In this document: positions 51,134 through 60,187 of the stretch, one piece after another
Position numbering within the stretch: the stretch's first letter is position 1
Layout: every line of letters starts with the position of its first letter
From: Alteromonadaceae bacterium
GTDB taxonomy: Bacteria; Pseudomonadota; Gammaproteobacteria; Enterobacterales; Alteromonadaceae
Assembly: GCA_964228145.1 (NCBI GenBank)
Contig: CAXQZJ010000071.1
Coordinates: 12,898-76,897 of the forward strand
DNA: 64,000 bases
Direction: 5' to 3'
The notes under the pieces: model-generated
Seen by the model: the letters and a program-made list of their open reading frames with translations, nothing else
Told to the model about the DNA's origin: nothing
The model's database searches: none
Program-made: the position numbers and the translations under genes

Positions 51134-51754
51134 CTATTTCTGATGGCGCTGTTTAAGCACATCGATGACGTCTGTTAAACACAGATTACTGGCCTGCAAT
51201 AACACCAGCAAGTGGTAAAGTAGATCAGCTGATTCGTTTTTGAGTTCGTCAAGATCCCCGACAGTGGCAGCCAATGCTGTTTCCACGCCTTCTTCACCGA
51301 CTTTTTGGGCAATTCGCTTAATGCCGCTGGCATAAAGGCTTGCAGTGTAGCTGGACGAGGGATCCTGATCTTTGCGCGATGCAATCACCTGTTCAAGTTC
51401 CGCTAAAAAGCTCACTGCCGGTGTTTGTGCCTTATGCCAGCAGGTGGGGGCCCCTGTATGACATGTTGGACCGACTGGATGTGCCAAGCATAGTATCGCA
51501 TCCTGATCGCAATCTGCGCTGATATCTACCAGCTTTAGAACATTGCCACTGGATTCGCCTTTGGTCCAGAGTCGCTGCTTACTGCGTGAATAAAAGGTCA
51601 CTGTGCCAGTCTCAAGGGTTTTGCGCAGCGCTTCTGCATTCATAAACCCCTGCATTTGCAAAGTACCGCTAACGGCATCCTGCACCATGCAAGGGAGCAG
51701 GCCATCCATTTTGTCCCAGGCAAGTGTGTCGATAGTATCCGGAGTAATTTTCAT
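51134..51754 (-). CDS. hisIE: Phosphoribosyl-AMP cyclohydrolase / phosphoribosyl-ATP pyrophosphatase
   Basis: [33 protein letters not shown]. Confidence 0.97.
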   Translation of the reverse strand: MKITPDTIDTLAWDKMDGLLPCMVQDAVSGTLQMQGFMNAEALRKTLETGTVTFYSRSKQRLWTKGESSGNVLKLVDISADCDQDAILCLAHPVGPTCHTGAPTCWHKAQTPAVSFLAELEQVIASRKDQDPSSSYTASLYASGIKRIAQKVGEEGVETALAATVGDLDELKNESADLLYHLLVLLQASNLCLTDVIDVLKQRHQK

Positions 51755-51757
51755 TGC

Positions 51758-52531
51758 TTATTTCCTAATTGCTATTCCGGCGTCTCGTAGCGCCTGTTTT
51801 AACTCATCCATGCCGATAACGGCTTTGTGAAATACTGACGCAGCCAACGCCCCATCAACATCGGCTTGGTTGAAAACATCAATAAAGTGCTCAATGGCAC
51901 CTGCGCCACCTGAGGCAATCAGCGGTACCTTGCAGGCCTGTCTGATGGCAGCCAATTGTTGTATGTCATAACCCTGGCGCACACCATCCTGATTCATACA
52001 GTTTAAAACGATTTCCCCAGCACCACGTTGTTGTACTTCCTTAACCCAGTCTGCGGTTTGCCATTGGGTTTTCTGAGTTTTACTTTCATCACCGGTAAAC
52101 TGATGAACTTGATAATGTCCCGTGGCCTGATCGAAGTAGCTATCGATTCCTACCACCACACACTGCTGGCCAAAGGTTTGGTTGAGCTCGGTGATCAAGC
52201 CAGGGTCAGTCAGAGCCGGCGAGTTGACAGAAATTTTATCGGCCCCCATTTCCAGGATACGGCCGGCATCATCTACTGACTTAATGCCACCTGCGACGCA
52301 AAAAGGAATATCAATAACCTCTGCGATACGATTGACCCAACTTTTGTCAACAACTCGGGCATCGCTGGAAGCGGTAATATCATAGAAAACCAGCTCGTCT
52401 GCACCAATTGCGGCATAATGCTCGGCTAAAGGGACGATATCGCCAATAATTTCGTGATTACGAAATTTAACCCCTTTAACTACTTTGCCGTCACGTACAT
52501 CCAGGCAGGGTATTATGCGTCTTGCCAGCAT
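51758..52531 (-). CDS. hisF: Imidazole glycerol phosphate synthase cyclase subunit
   Basis: [27 protein letters not shown]. Confidence 0.98.
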   Translation of the reverse strand: MLARRIIPCLDVRDGKVVKGVKFRNHEIIGDIVPLAEHYAAIGADELVFYDITASSDARVVDKSWVNRIAEVIDIPFCVAGGIKSVDDAGRILEMGADKISVNSPALTDPGLITELNQTFGQQCVVVGIDSYFDQATGHYQVHQFTGDESKTQKTQWQTADWVKEVQQRGAGEIVLNCMNQDGVRQGYDIQQLAAIRQACKVPLIASGGAGAIEHFIDVFNQADVDGALAASVFHKAVIGMDELKQALRDAGIAIRK

Positions 52532-53250
52532 TGAATCGCCTCCGCTAAGGTAAATTTGCCTTCCAAAAGTGCTCGCCCGAGAATCACCCGGTCTACCCCG
52601 GTGGGTTTAAGGCGCGCAATATCATCTAAGCTGCCGATACCGCCTGATGCCTGCCATTGAACCCCGGGAAATGCCTGACACATTTCTTTGTAGAGGGTTT
52701 CATTGGCACCCTTTAACGTGCCGTCACGGCTGATATCGGTACATAAAACATGTTTAGCGCCGCTGCGAATAAATTCCTGTAGCAGGGTTTCCAAATTCAC
52801 TCCACTGTTGGTTTGCCAGCCATGGGTGGCGATATGCTTGTTGCCCTGCTCATCAATATTGACGTCCAATGCTAATACAATGGCTTCAGCGCCGTATTGA
52901 CGAAACCAGTCCTGTACCATTTCAGGCTGGCTGACAGCAACAGAGCCAATGACGACACGGGCGATACCTGTTTCTAACAGATCTTCGACATCTTGTTCGG
53001 TTCTCACACCACCGCCGGCCTGAAACTGCATACGTTGGGTTGCCGCCATGGCTTTAATTAACGCCAACTGGCGTCGCTTAGTATCTTTGGCGCCGGTAAG
53101 GTCAACGATATGCAGGCGATCGGCGCCTTGATCGGCATATTGGTGAACGACCTCAATAGGATCGAGTTGGTATTCGGTTTTTTGACCGTAATCGCCTTGA
53201 TAAAGCCTGACAACTTTACCTTCAATTAAGTCTATAGCGGGTAACATCAT
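52513..53250 (-). CDS. hisA: ProFAR isomerase
   Basis: PAIDL...[25 protein letters not shown]. Confidence 0.97.
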   Translation of the reverse strand: MMLPAIDLIEGKVVRLYQGDYGQKTEYQLDPIEVVHQYADQGADRLHIVDLTGAKDTKRRQLALIKAMAATQRMQFQAGGGVRTEQDVEDLLETGIARVVIGSVAVSQPEMVQDWFRQYGAEAIVLALDVNIDEQGNKHIATHGWQTNSGVNLETLLQEFIRSGAKHVLCTDISRDGTLKGANETLYKEMCQAFPGVQWQASGGIGSLDDIARLKPTGVDRVILGRALLEGKFTLAEAIQCWQDA

Positions 53251-53261
53251 GGGGCGTGTCC

Positions 53262-53852
53262 TTAACAAAGTTCGATAAAGTTGCGTAATAGTCTGGCGCC
53301 ATTGGCTCCGGAGCGCTCAGGGTGAAATTGCACGCCGTAAAAGTTGTTTTGGCCGATACTGGCAGAAAAGGGAATGCCGTAATCACAACTGGCCAGAGTG
53401 ACGTCGCTGACTGGCGCTGCATAGCCATGCACAAAGTAAAAATAACTACCATCCGCTATGCCATCAAACAACGCCGAGTGCTGTTGCGCACTGACTTGAT
53501 TCCACCCCATATGCGGCAAGCGTAATGCGCCAACCTGCATCCGTTTGACCTGTGTGTCTATCATACCCAAACAAGTCTGATCACCTTCTTCGGAATGACG
53601 AGTTTGTAATTGCATACCCAGGCAGATACCCAGTAAAGGTTGGGTCAATTGGTTCACAACGCTATCCAGTCCCTTGGCTCGGATTTGCGCCATGGCCGCG
53701 TTAGCGGTGCCGACACCGGGTAAGAAAACCTTATCAGCCTGCTGTATCTGCTCTGGGTTATCGCTTACGCTCACCTGATAACCCAAGCGCTCAATGGCGA
53801 AACGGACCGAAGAGATATTGGCACAGCCGGTATTGACGATGACCAATTGCAT
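53262..53852 (-). CDS. hisH: Imidazole glycerol phosphate synthase glutaminase subunit
   Basis: LPGVG, GICLGMQ, QFHPERS. Confidence 0.97.
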   Translation of the reverse strand: MQLVIVNTGCANISSVRFAIERLGYQVSVSDNPEQIQQADKVFLPGVGTANAAMAQIRAKGLDSVVNQLTQPLLGICLGMQLQTRHSEEGDQTCLGMIDTQVKRMQVGALRLPHMGWNQVSAQQHSALFDGIADGSYFYFVHGYAAPVSDVTLASCDYGIPFSASIGQNNFYGVQFHPERSGANGARLLRNFIELC

Positions 53853-54922
53853 TACAGGGCTCCTTTACTTGATGGCAGTTCATCACCTTGTTTACTGACA
53901 GCCTGACGCAGTGCGCGGCCAAATACTTTAAACAAGCTTTCTACCTGATGGTGGGCGTTGCCTTCAGTGGTCGATAAGTGCAATGAGAGCCCCATAGACT
54001 GGGCCAGAGAATAAAAGAAATGCGGTACCATTTCTGTTGCCATTTCACCCACGGCATCGCGACTAAACTGCGCATCAAACTTCAGAAACGGACGATTGGA
54101 AATATCCATGATGCATTCTGCTCGGCATTCATCCATCGGCAAGGCGAAACCAAAACGGCCAATTCCACGTTTGTTCCCTAACGCTTTTTTGAGCGCTTCG
54201 CCGATCGCCAGTGCAGTATCCTCGACGCTGTGGTGATCATCGATATGCAGGTCGCCATCCACGCTGACGTTCAATTCTATGCCTCCATGTGTGGCAATTT
54301 GATCCAGCATATGGTCGAAAAAACCCAAGCCGGTATTAATGGTTGATTTGCTTTGCGAGTCGAGATTAACCTCCACCTTTATGTCCGTCTCAGAGGTTTT
54401 ACGTACCACGGTCGCGACTCTTGCCTTGTTGAGCAATTGTTTCTCGATGGCCAACCATGGCGAGGACTCACGATCGTATTTGATTCCGACAATGCCCATA
54501 TTACTGGCCAGCTGGAGGTCAGTATCCCGATCACCGATCACAAAAGAGTTAGTAAAATCAACTTTTCCCTGCTGCAGGTAATCGCTCACCAGACCCAGTT
54601 TCGGCTTACGACAGCTACAATTGTCACTGTCGAAATGCGGACAAATCAGGACGTCATCAAAACGTACGCCCTGAGAATTGAAAACGTCCATCATCTTGTT
54701 ATGGGGGAGATCAAAATCGGCTTGTGGAAACGAGTCAGTGCCTAACCCGTCTTGGTTTGACACCATGACAAGGCGATAGCCGGCCTGTTGCAATCGGGTG
54801 AGAACCGGTATCACCATAGGTTCAAATACCAGTTTTTCTAACGTATCTAATTGCTTATCGACGGCCGGTTCCTCGACCAAGGTACCGTCGCGGTCAATAA
54901 AAAGAATAGCTTGCTGACTCAT
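53852..54922 (-). CDS. hisB: Bifunctional histidinol-phosphatase / IGP dehydratase
   Basis: FIDRDGT HAD domain plus DDHHSVED and NAHHQVE; start MSQQAIL. Confidence 0.97.
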   Translation of the reverse strand: MSQQAILFIDRDGTLVEEPAVDKQLDTLEKLVFEPMVIPVLTRLQQAGYRLVMVSNQDGLGTDSFPQADFDLPHNKMMDVFNSQGVRFDDVLICPHFDSDNCSCRKPKLGLVSDYLQQGKVDFTNSFVIGDRDTDLQLASNMGIVGIKYDRESSPWLAIEKQLLNKARVATVVRKTSETDIKVEVNLDSQSKSTINTGLGFFDHMLDQIATHGGIELNVSVDGDLHIDDHHSVEDTALAIGEALKKALGNKRGIGRFGFALPMDECRAECIMDISNRPFLKFDAQFSRDAVGEMATEMVPHFFYSLAQSMGLSLHLSTTEGNAHHQVESLFKVFGRALRQAVSKQGDELPSSKGAL

Positions 54923-54923
54923 G

Positions 54924-55997
54924 TTATTTGTCCTGATAAAAGCGTGTAATCGCGTCAATAAGACGCCTATTCTGGTCCGTGTTTCCAATGCTGATGCGCA
55001 GGCAATCATCCAGTTGTTGTTGGCGTGATTGGTCACGAATAAGTATGCCTTGCTCGACTAAGGCTGACATAAGCTGATCCTTTTGCTGAGCCCGGATCAG
55101 GATAAAGTTGGCGGCTGTGTTACTAAATGCGCTGACTGTTTCTAACTGGTTCAACGCCTCAAGCATTTTTGTCTTCGCTTCATTAAGCTGGGTAATTTGC
55201 TCCCGGATCCGGCTGATACCCTCATTACTCAGGGCTTGAGAGGCAATCTGTGCAACTGGCTCTGGAATCGGATAAGGGGCTATGACTTTGAGTAACGCCT
55301 CAATAACGGCTTCATTGGCGAGGGTAAAACCACAGCGCAATCCGGCCAGCGCAAATGCTTTGGAAAGGGTACGTAACACGACCAGATTCGGGTATTTGGC
55401 TAACTTTTTCGACCAGCTCCCTTGGCTCGAAAACTCGATATAGGCTTCATCGACTACCACCAGCGCCGAGTCTGCAAAGGCGTCGAGAACTAGCTCGATC
55501 TGTTTAGCATCGATATCGTTGCCTGTGGGGTTGTTGGGGGAGCAAATAAACACCAGATTGACCTGACCCACATGACGGATAATTTCATCCACATTCAGGC
55601 TGAAGTCAGGCCGCGTGGGGACATTAACTACGCCAACGTTACAGGTTTGCGCACTGATTGCATACATGCCATAGGTTGGCGGGCAAATCAGTATGCTGTC
55701 TTTTGCCGGTTGGCAAAATGTCCTGATGAGAAGTTCGATTCCTTCATCAGCCCCACGGGTAACCAGCGTTTGTTCTGGCCGAACTGATGCGTAATCTGCG
55801 TAGCGCGAAACCACAGTGGTAGGCTGGCAACTCGGGTAGCGATTTAATTTACTGTCATCCAGTTGATACTCGTTGGCAAACGGGGATTCGTTGGCATTGA
55901 GCCAATCCTGGCCACCAGAATAAAGGCGACGGGCAGATTGATAAGGCGTCAGCGCTTTTATTTCATCACTGAGCAATTTGTCAACAATCGCACTCAT
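54924..55997 (-). CDS. hisC: Histidinol-phosphate aminotransferase
   Basis: [32 protein letters not shown]. Confidence 0.97.
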   Translation of the reverse strand: MSAIVDKLLSDEIKALTPYQSARRLYSGGQDWLNANESPFANEYQLDDSKLNRYPSCQPTTVVSRYADYASVRPEQTLVTRGADEGIELLIRTFCQPAKDSILICPPTYGMYAISAQTCNVGVVNVPTRPDFSLNVDEIIRHVGQVNLVFICSPNNPTGNDIDAKQIELVLDAFADSALVVVDEAYIEFSSQGSWSKKLAKYPNLVVLRTLSKAFALAGLRCGFTLANEAVIEALLKVIAPYPIPEPVAQIASQALSNEGISRIREQITQLNEAKTKMLEALNQLETVSAFSNTAANFILIRAQQKDQLMSALVEQGILIRDQSRQQQLDDCLRISIGNTDQNRRLIDAITRFYQDK

Positions 55998-57286
55998 TTC
56001 AGCGCCTCCAATCGTAGTGCAACAGCTTGTTTGTGTGCGTCTAAACCCTCAGCATCAGCCAGCGCCATAATGGCGGGGCCGAGTGCCCGGATGCCGGTTT
56101 CGCTAAGTTGCTGTACGGTGAACCGGCGCATGAAATCCAGTAGACCCAGGCTAGAATAGGTGCGCGAATAGCCGTACGTCGGCAGCACATGATTAGTGCC
56201 GCTGGCATAATCCCCGGCAGATTCCGGAGACCACTGGCCGACAAAAATTGATCAGGCATATTTGACCTGGTCAACTAACTTTTCGGCATCCTGAGTTTGA
56301 ATGATCAAATGTTCAGGAGCGTAAGCGTTTGATACCTCGACAGATTGAGCAATATCGTCGGTTAAGATAAAACGGCTGTTTCCGATCGCTACCCGGGCGA
56401 TCTCTTGTCGGGGTAATTGAGCTAACTGCAGTTCAACCTGCTGCTTGGTCTGCTCAATGATCTGTTCATTATCACTCACTAAAATCGCCTGTGAGTCTTT
56501 GCCGTGTTCAGCTTGTGATAATAAGTCTGCTGCTATAAAAGCGGGATTAGCTGCGCCATCAGCGATAACCAGAACCTCAGAAGGGCCCGCAGGCATGTCA
56601 ATGGCAGCGCCGTCTGCGCGCTGACTGACTTGCTGTTTTGCTTCGGTAACATAACTGTTGCCCGGCCCAAAAATTTTATCTACTTTGGCAATGCTTTCAG
56701 TTCCCAGCGCCATCGCTGCGATAGCCTGAGCGCCGCCGACCAGGTATATCTCATTAATGCCGCATAAATACGCCGCATAGCGAATTTCTGCCGCGATGCG
56801 CCCCTCTTGTCCCGCGGGCGTGCACAATATCTTTCGCGCGCAGCCTGCAACTTGTGCTGTGGCCCCTAACATCAATACTGTTGATGGCAGCGGCGCTGTG
56901 CCACCAGGGATGTACAGACCTACGGCGTCCAGAGCTATATGTTTGAGTTGGCAAATGACACCGGGTGATGTTTGTAACTCCACATCAGCAGGACGCTGCG
57001 CCTGATGAAATGCCCTTATATTCTCATACGCAAGCTCGATGGCTGATTTAACTTCATCAGTCAGTTCATCGGCGGCGTTGGATATCTGTTGTTCAGGTAA
57101 GCGCAAATTATCAAGGCGCACGTTATCGAACTTTTCACTTAGTGCAAACAGAGCACGATCACCGTCGTTTTCTACTTGTCTAATAATATCGGCAACAGTG
57201 GATTGCAATGCCCCGGCATCCGCGAGTGCGGGTCGCTGCAATGCTTGCTGTCGCTGTTGGCTTGAAAGTTGAGACCAAGTTAACAT
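55994..57286 (-). pseudogene. hisD: Histidinol dehydrogenase interrupted by an in-frame TGA at codon 345
   Basis: One frame from ATG 57286 to stop 55994 reads ...[30 protein letters not shown]...; TGA (56254..56252) sits where HisD has the Gly of AGS(I/V)F. A sequencing error is also possible. Confidence 0.85.
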
Positions 57287-57288
57287 GG

Positions 57289-58188
57289 TTACCCCATCAT
57301 TTTTTCTATTGGCATAACCAGAATTGAACGACAGCCCAGCGCCTTGAGCTTTTCCATAGTTTCCCAAAACAAGGTTTCCGTACAAACCACGTGCATGGCC
57401 ACAGTGTTTTCATTCCCGGCAAGAGGCAAGAGGGTTGGGTTTTCAGCCCCTGGCAATAAGGCTTTTACCTGCTCAAGCTTGTCTTTCGGTGCGTGCAGCA
57501 TAATGTATTTACTCTCTTTAGCTTGCATCACACCGGCCATACGGGGCATCAACTTATCGATCAATGCTTGTTTTTCAGCAGGCATCTCGCCGGTTCGCTG
57601 GATCAGCACGGCTTTTGACTGAAAAATTTCCTGTACTTCGACCAAGCCGTTGGCTTCCAGTGTCGCGCCGGTTGAGACCAAATCACAGATTGCTTCTGCT
57701 ACTCCGGCGCGCGGCGCGACTTCCACAGATCCTGTTAGCATCAGCGCTTTGGCATCAACCTTTTGTTGTTTGAAAAAACGTTCCAGCAGATAAGGGTAAG
57801 TGGTCGCGATTTTACAGCCCTGCAAATCGTTGACGTTTTGGTAATTGAATTCTTTAGGTACTGCAATTGACAGTCTGCAATCACCAAAATCCAGTTTTGA
57901 CAATACCTGATAATCTGAGGCTTTGCCGGCAGCTTCACGCTCGAGGGCTTTTTCTTCCAGCTCATTTTCGCCAATGAAGCCAAGATCAACGACGCCATCC
58001 ATCACCAGGCCCGGAATATCGTCGTCACGAACGCGCAGTAAATCAATGGGCAGATTGGTTGAATGGGCGATCAGCAAACGGTCGCGAATAGAGAGCTTGA
58101 CACCAATTGCCTTAAGAAGCTTCATGCTCCCCTCGTTAAGACGTCCGGATTTTTGTACCGCTATGCGTAATCGATTTTTATCTGTCAT
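57289..58188 (-). CDS. hisG: ATP phosphoribosyltransferase, long form
   Basis: [29 protein letters not shown]; start MTDKNR. Confidence 0.98.
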   Translation of the reverse strand: MTDKNRLRIAVQKSGRLNEGSMKLLKAIGVKLSIRDRLLIAHSTNLPIDLLRVRDDDIPGLVMDGVVDLGFIGENELEEKALEREAAGKASDYQVLSKLDFGDCRLSIAVPKEFNYQNVNDLQGCKIATTYPYLLERFFKQQKVDAKALMLTGSVEVAPRAGVAEAICDLVSTGATLEANGLVEVQEIFQSKAVLIQRTGEMPAEKQALIDKLMPRMAGVMQAKESKYIMLHAPKDKLEQVKALLPGAENPTLLPLAGNENTVAMHVVCTETLFWETMEKLKALGCRSILVMPIEKMMG

Positions 58189-58217
58189 GGATTTGCCTTT
58201 TTTAACAGTCAGAAACG

Positions 58218-58246
58218 AAAAACCCCCGGATGCTTTCCGGGGGTTT
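58218..58246 (-). terminator. his attenuator terminator
   Basis: Minus strand AAACCCCCGGA-AAGCA-TCCGGGGGTTTTT between leader and hisG. Confidence 0.9.
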
Positions 58247-58304
58247 AGCTTAATGCTGTTCCGCTGAAAGGCATCCATAAACCTTCCAGCACGAACCTGA
58301 AAGG

Positions 58305-58349
58305 TTATGCTTTATGATGGTGGTGATGGAATTTGCGTTTCAGGTTCAT
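58305..58349 (-). CDS. hisL: his operon leader peptide [14 protein letters not shown]
   Basis: 14-codon ORF with five consecutive His codons upstream of the attenuator hairpins; missed by the ORF track. Confidence 0.93.
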   Translation of the reverse strand: MNLKRKFHHHHHKA

Positions 58350-58452
58350 ATTTTAACTACTAACTAATTTTGTCCATAAACTAACGAAAGCCGGGCTCAA
58401 AAGCAAGCCCCGCAGACGAATAGTCTTATGCCAAATTTACGCTACCTTATAA

Positions 58453-59892
58453 CTACTTTCTAAAGTCAACGGAACTGTTTGCTGCAAACGCCGTGAAAAG
58501 GGCATAAATTCCCGTGTTGAACTTGAGGGCATCAACATTAACCTTATCTAACGTATCGTTGGGGGTGTGGTGATAATCAAAATAATCACTGCCGTCCGGC
58601 GCAAAGTTGACCGCCGGTACACCCGAATAGCCCAGTGCACTCATGTCAGACTGTCCTTTAGCCGTATTTGACTGGTCTAACGCAACGCCCAGAGGAGCCA
58701 ACACATTAGCAATGCTGTGGATGGCATTTAATGCAACTGGTCCTACACCGGGAGTAAGTTTGTAAATCGGTCCATTGCCGAAATCCCATTCGTAGCCGAT
58801 GACATGCTTATGCAAGCTATCTGCGTGGGTTTTTACATAGTCTCTGGCACCGAGCAAACCAATTTCTTCAGCACCAAATAAAATCACCCTGATGGTACGC
58901 TTAGGTTGACCCAGGCGGGTTTTTACCTGATGAGCAGCACTGATGATCATGGCGACGCCAAGGCCGTCGTCAATCGCACCTGTGCCCACATCCCAGCTAT
59001 CCAAATGTGCTCCCAACGCAACGTATTGGTCTGGTAGTTCAGATCCGGTAATTTCTCCAATCACATTGTAGGTTGTGAGGGGCTTGGGCGAAGACTGGGC
59101 CTCCATACGAATACTCATTTGCACCGCTTGATTACGTTTAAACTGATTTACCAACACGTCTGCATCCGGGTTTGAAATGGCAAGGGCAGGAATTTTTTTG
59201 ATTCCCTCAGCGTAGCGCATAGTCCCTGTGTGGGCATGGCGATTGTTATCGGTGCCTACTGAGCGTAATACAAATGCGATGGCACCTTTTTGCGCAGCGA
59301 CGCTTGCCCCTGCAGAACGTGCGCCTACTGCTTTGCCATAGCCTTTTCCATCTATATGGCGTTCCATACGGTAGGAAATAAATGCAATTTTGCCTTCCAG
59401 GCTCCCGTCAGGTACGGCTTTAAGGGCGTCAAAATCGGTAAAATGCACCACTTCAGCCTGTAAAGTTTGGTTATCCGTGCCCACGCTGCCACCTAAAGCC
59501 AATGCTTCAAAGTCATGTGGAAACGGGGACATTACCTTGACCTTGATGTCGCCTCGTTGCCAATTGGGTACCTCAAATTCTTCTTTCCAAACTTTGTCAA
59601 AGCCTAGCGCGCGCATCTTATTCATCGCCCAGGCGACCGCTTTTTTATCGCCTTCGCTTCCCGCCATACGATGCCCAACCTCGGTAGTTAATGACTCGAG
59701 TAGTTGATAGCTGAGATCATCTTTCACAACCTGCTGATGCAATTCAGTGAGTTGTTGTTTTTGCAAAGCTGACACTTCGGTGGCCGACACATCGGTGGCC
59801 GACACATCGGTGGCTGAAACGATATGGCAGAGTGACAGCGCCACACAGGCACTCACAAAGCGTTTGGTCGCGGATTTAATTTGCATTGTCAT
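58453..59892 (-). CDS. Secreted M28 family metallopeptidase (carboxypeptidase Q-like, PA domain)
   Basis: Signal peptide; GAHLDSWDVGTGAIDD, GAEEIG, YHHTPNDT. Confidence 0.9.
   Translation of the reverse strand: MTMQIKSATKRFVSACVALSLCHIVSATDVSATDVSATEVSALQKQQLTELHQQVVKDDLSYQLLESLTTEVGHRMAGSEGDKKAVAWAMNKMRALGFDKVWKEEFEVPNWQRGDIKVKVMSPFPHDFEALALGGSVGTDNQTLQAEVVHFTDFDALKAVPDGSLEGKIAFISYRMERHIDGKGYGKAVGARSAGASVAAQKGAIAFVLRSVGTDNNRHAHTGTMRYAEGIKKIPALAISNPDADVLVNQFKRNQAVQMSIRMEAQSSPKPLTTYNVIGEITGSELPDQYVALGAHLDSWDVGTGAIDDGLGVAMIISAAHQVKTRLGQPKRTIRVILFGAEEIGLLGARDYVKTHADSLHKHVIGYEWDFGNGPIYKLTPGVGPVALNAIHSIANVLAPLGVALDQSNTAKGQSDMSALGYSGVPAVNFAPDGSDYFDYHHTPNDTLDKVNVDALKFNTGIYALFTAFAANSSVDFRK
59771..59815. 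repeat. 3 x 15-bp in-frame tandem repeat
   Basis: GACACTTCGGTGGCC / GACACATCGGTGGCC / GACACATCGGTGGCT, encoding (SATDV)2-SATEV. Confidence 0.9.
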
Positions 59893-60035
59893 TGCTGGGA
59901 TTCCCTGTTGTTTTCGTGCATGTTAACAGCTTTACTGTGGGTACGGGCAGACATTAGGCGTGAAAACCGAGTCGCTGGTCTGGACTAAATCAGTGCACCA
60001 GGTAAATAAAGTGTTAAAAAATATCAGCATGAAGG

Positions 60036-60120
60036 TTGACCTTTAAATTGGTCTGACATAATGTAATGAAAGCGCTTTCATTTCGTGCTTTATTTTTGCC
60101 ATTTTGTGAAAGCGCTTACA
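60036..60120 (+). promoter_or_regulatory. Sigma70 promoter with two LacI-family operators
   Basis: TTGACC-17 bp-TAATGT; perfect palindrome AATGAAAGCGCTTTCATT (60065..60082); second site TGAAAGCGCTTACA (60107..60120). Confidence 0.8.
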
Positions 60121-60187
60121 ATTGTGCCAATTGCGTTTTTATTGCGTACAAAATTAACAAGTTTTCTCTGTATCGGGGCTGAAAATA

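Noticed and set aside
55994-56188. Independent 64-aa gene between hisD and hisC
   Set aside because: It is the in-frame C-terminus of HisD downstream of the premature stop.
56252-56254. UGA reassigned to Gly (genetic code 25) or decoded as selenocysteine in hisD
   Set aside because: TGA is a normal stop elsewhere in the window (ccmD, ccmH, pspB, maiA and hisD itself), no other gene shows an internal TGA, and the position is a Gly rather than a Cys.
17525-58278. Longer N-terminal extensions in the ORF track for hupB, pspF, phhA, hmgA, the MoxR ATPase, the PepSY gene, hisB, hisD and hisG
   Set aside because: The extensions overlap neighbouring genes or regulatory elements; downstream starts match the family N-termini and have RBS or stop-start coupling.
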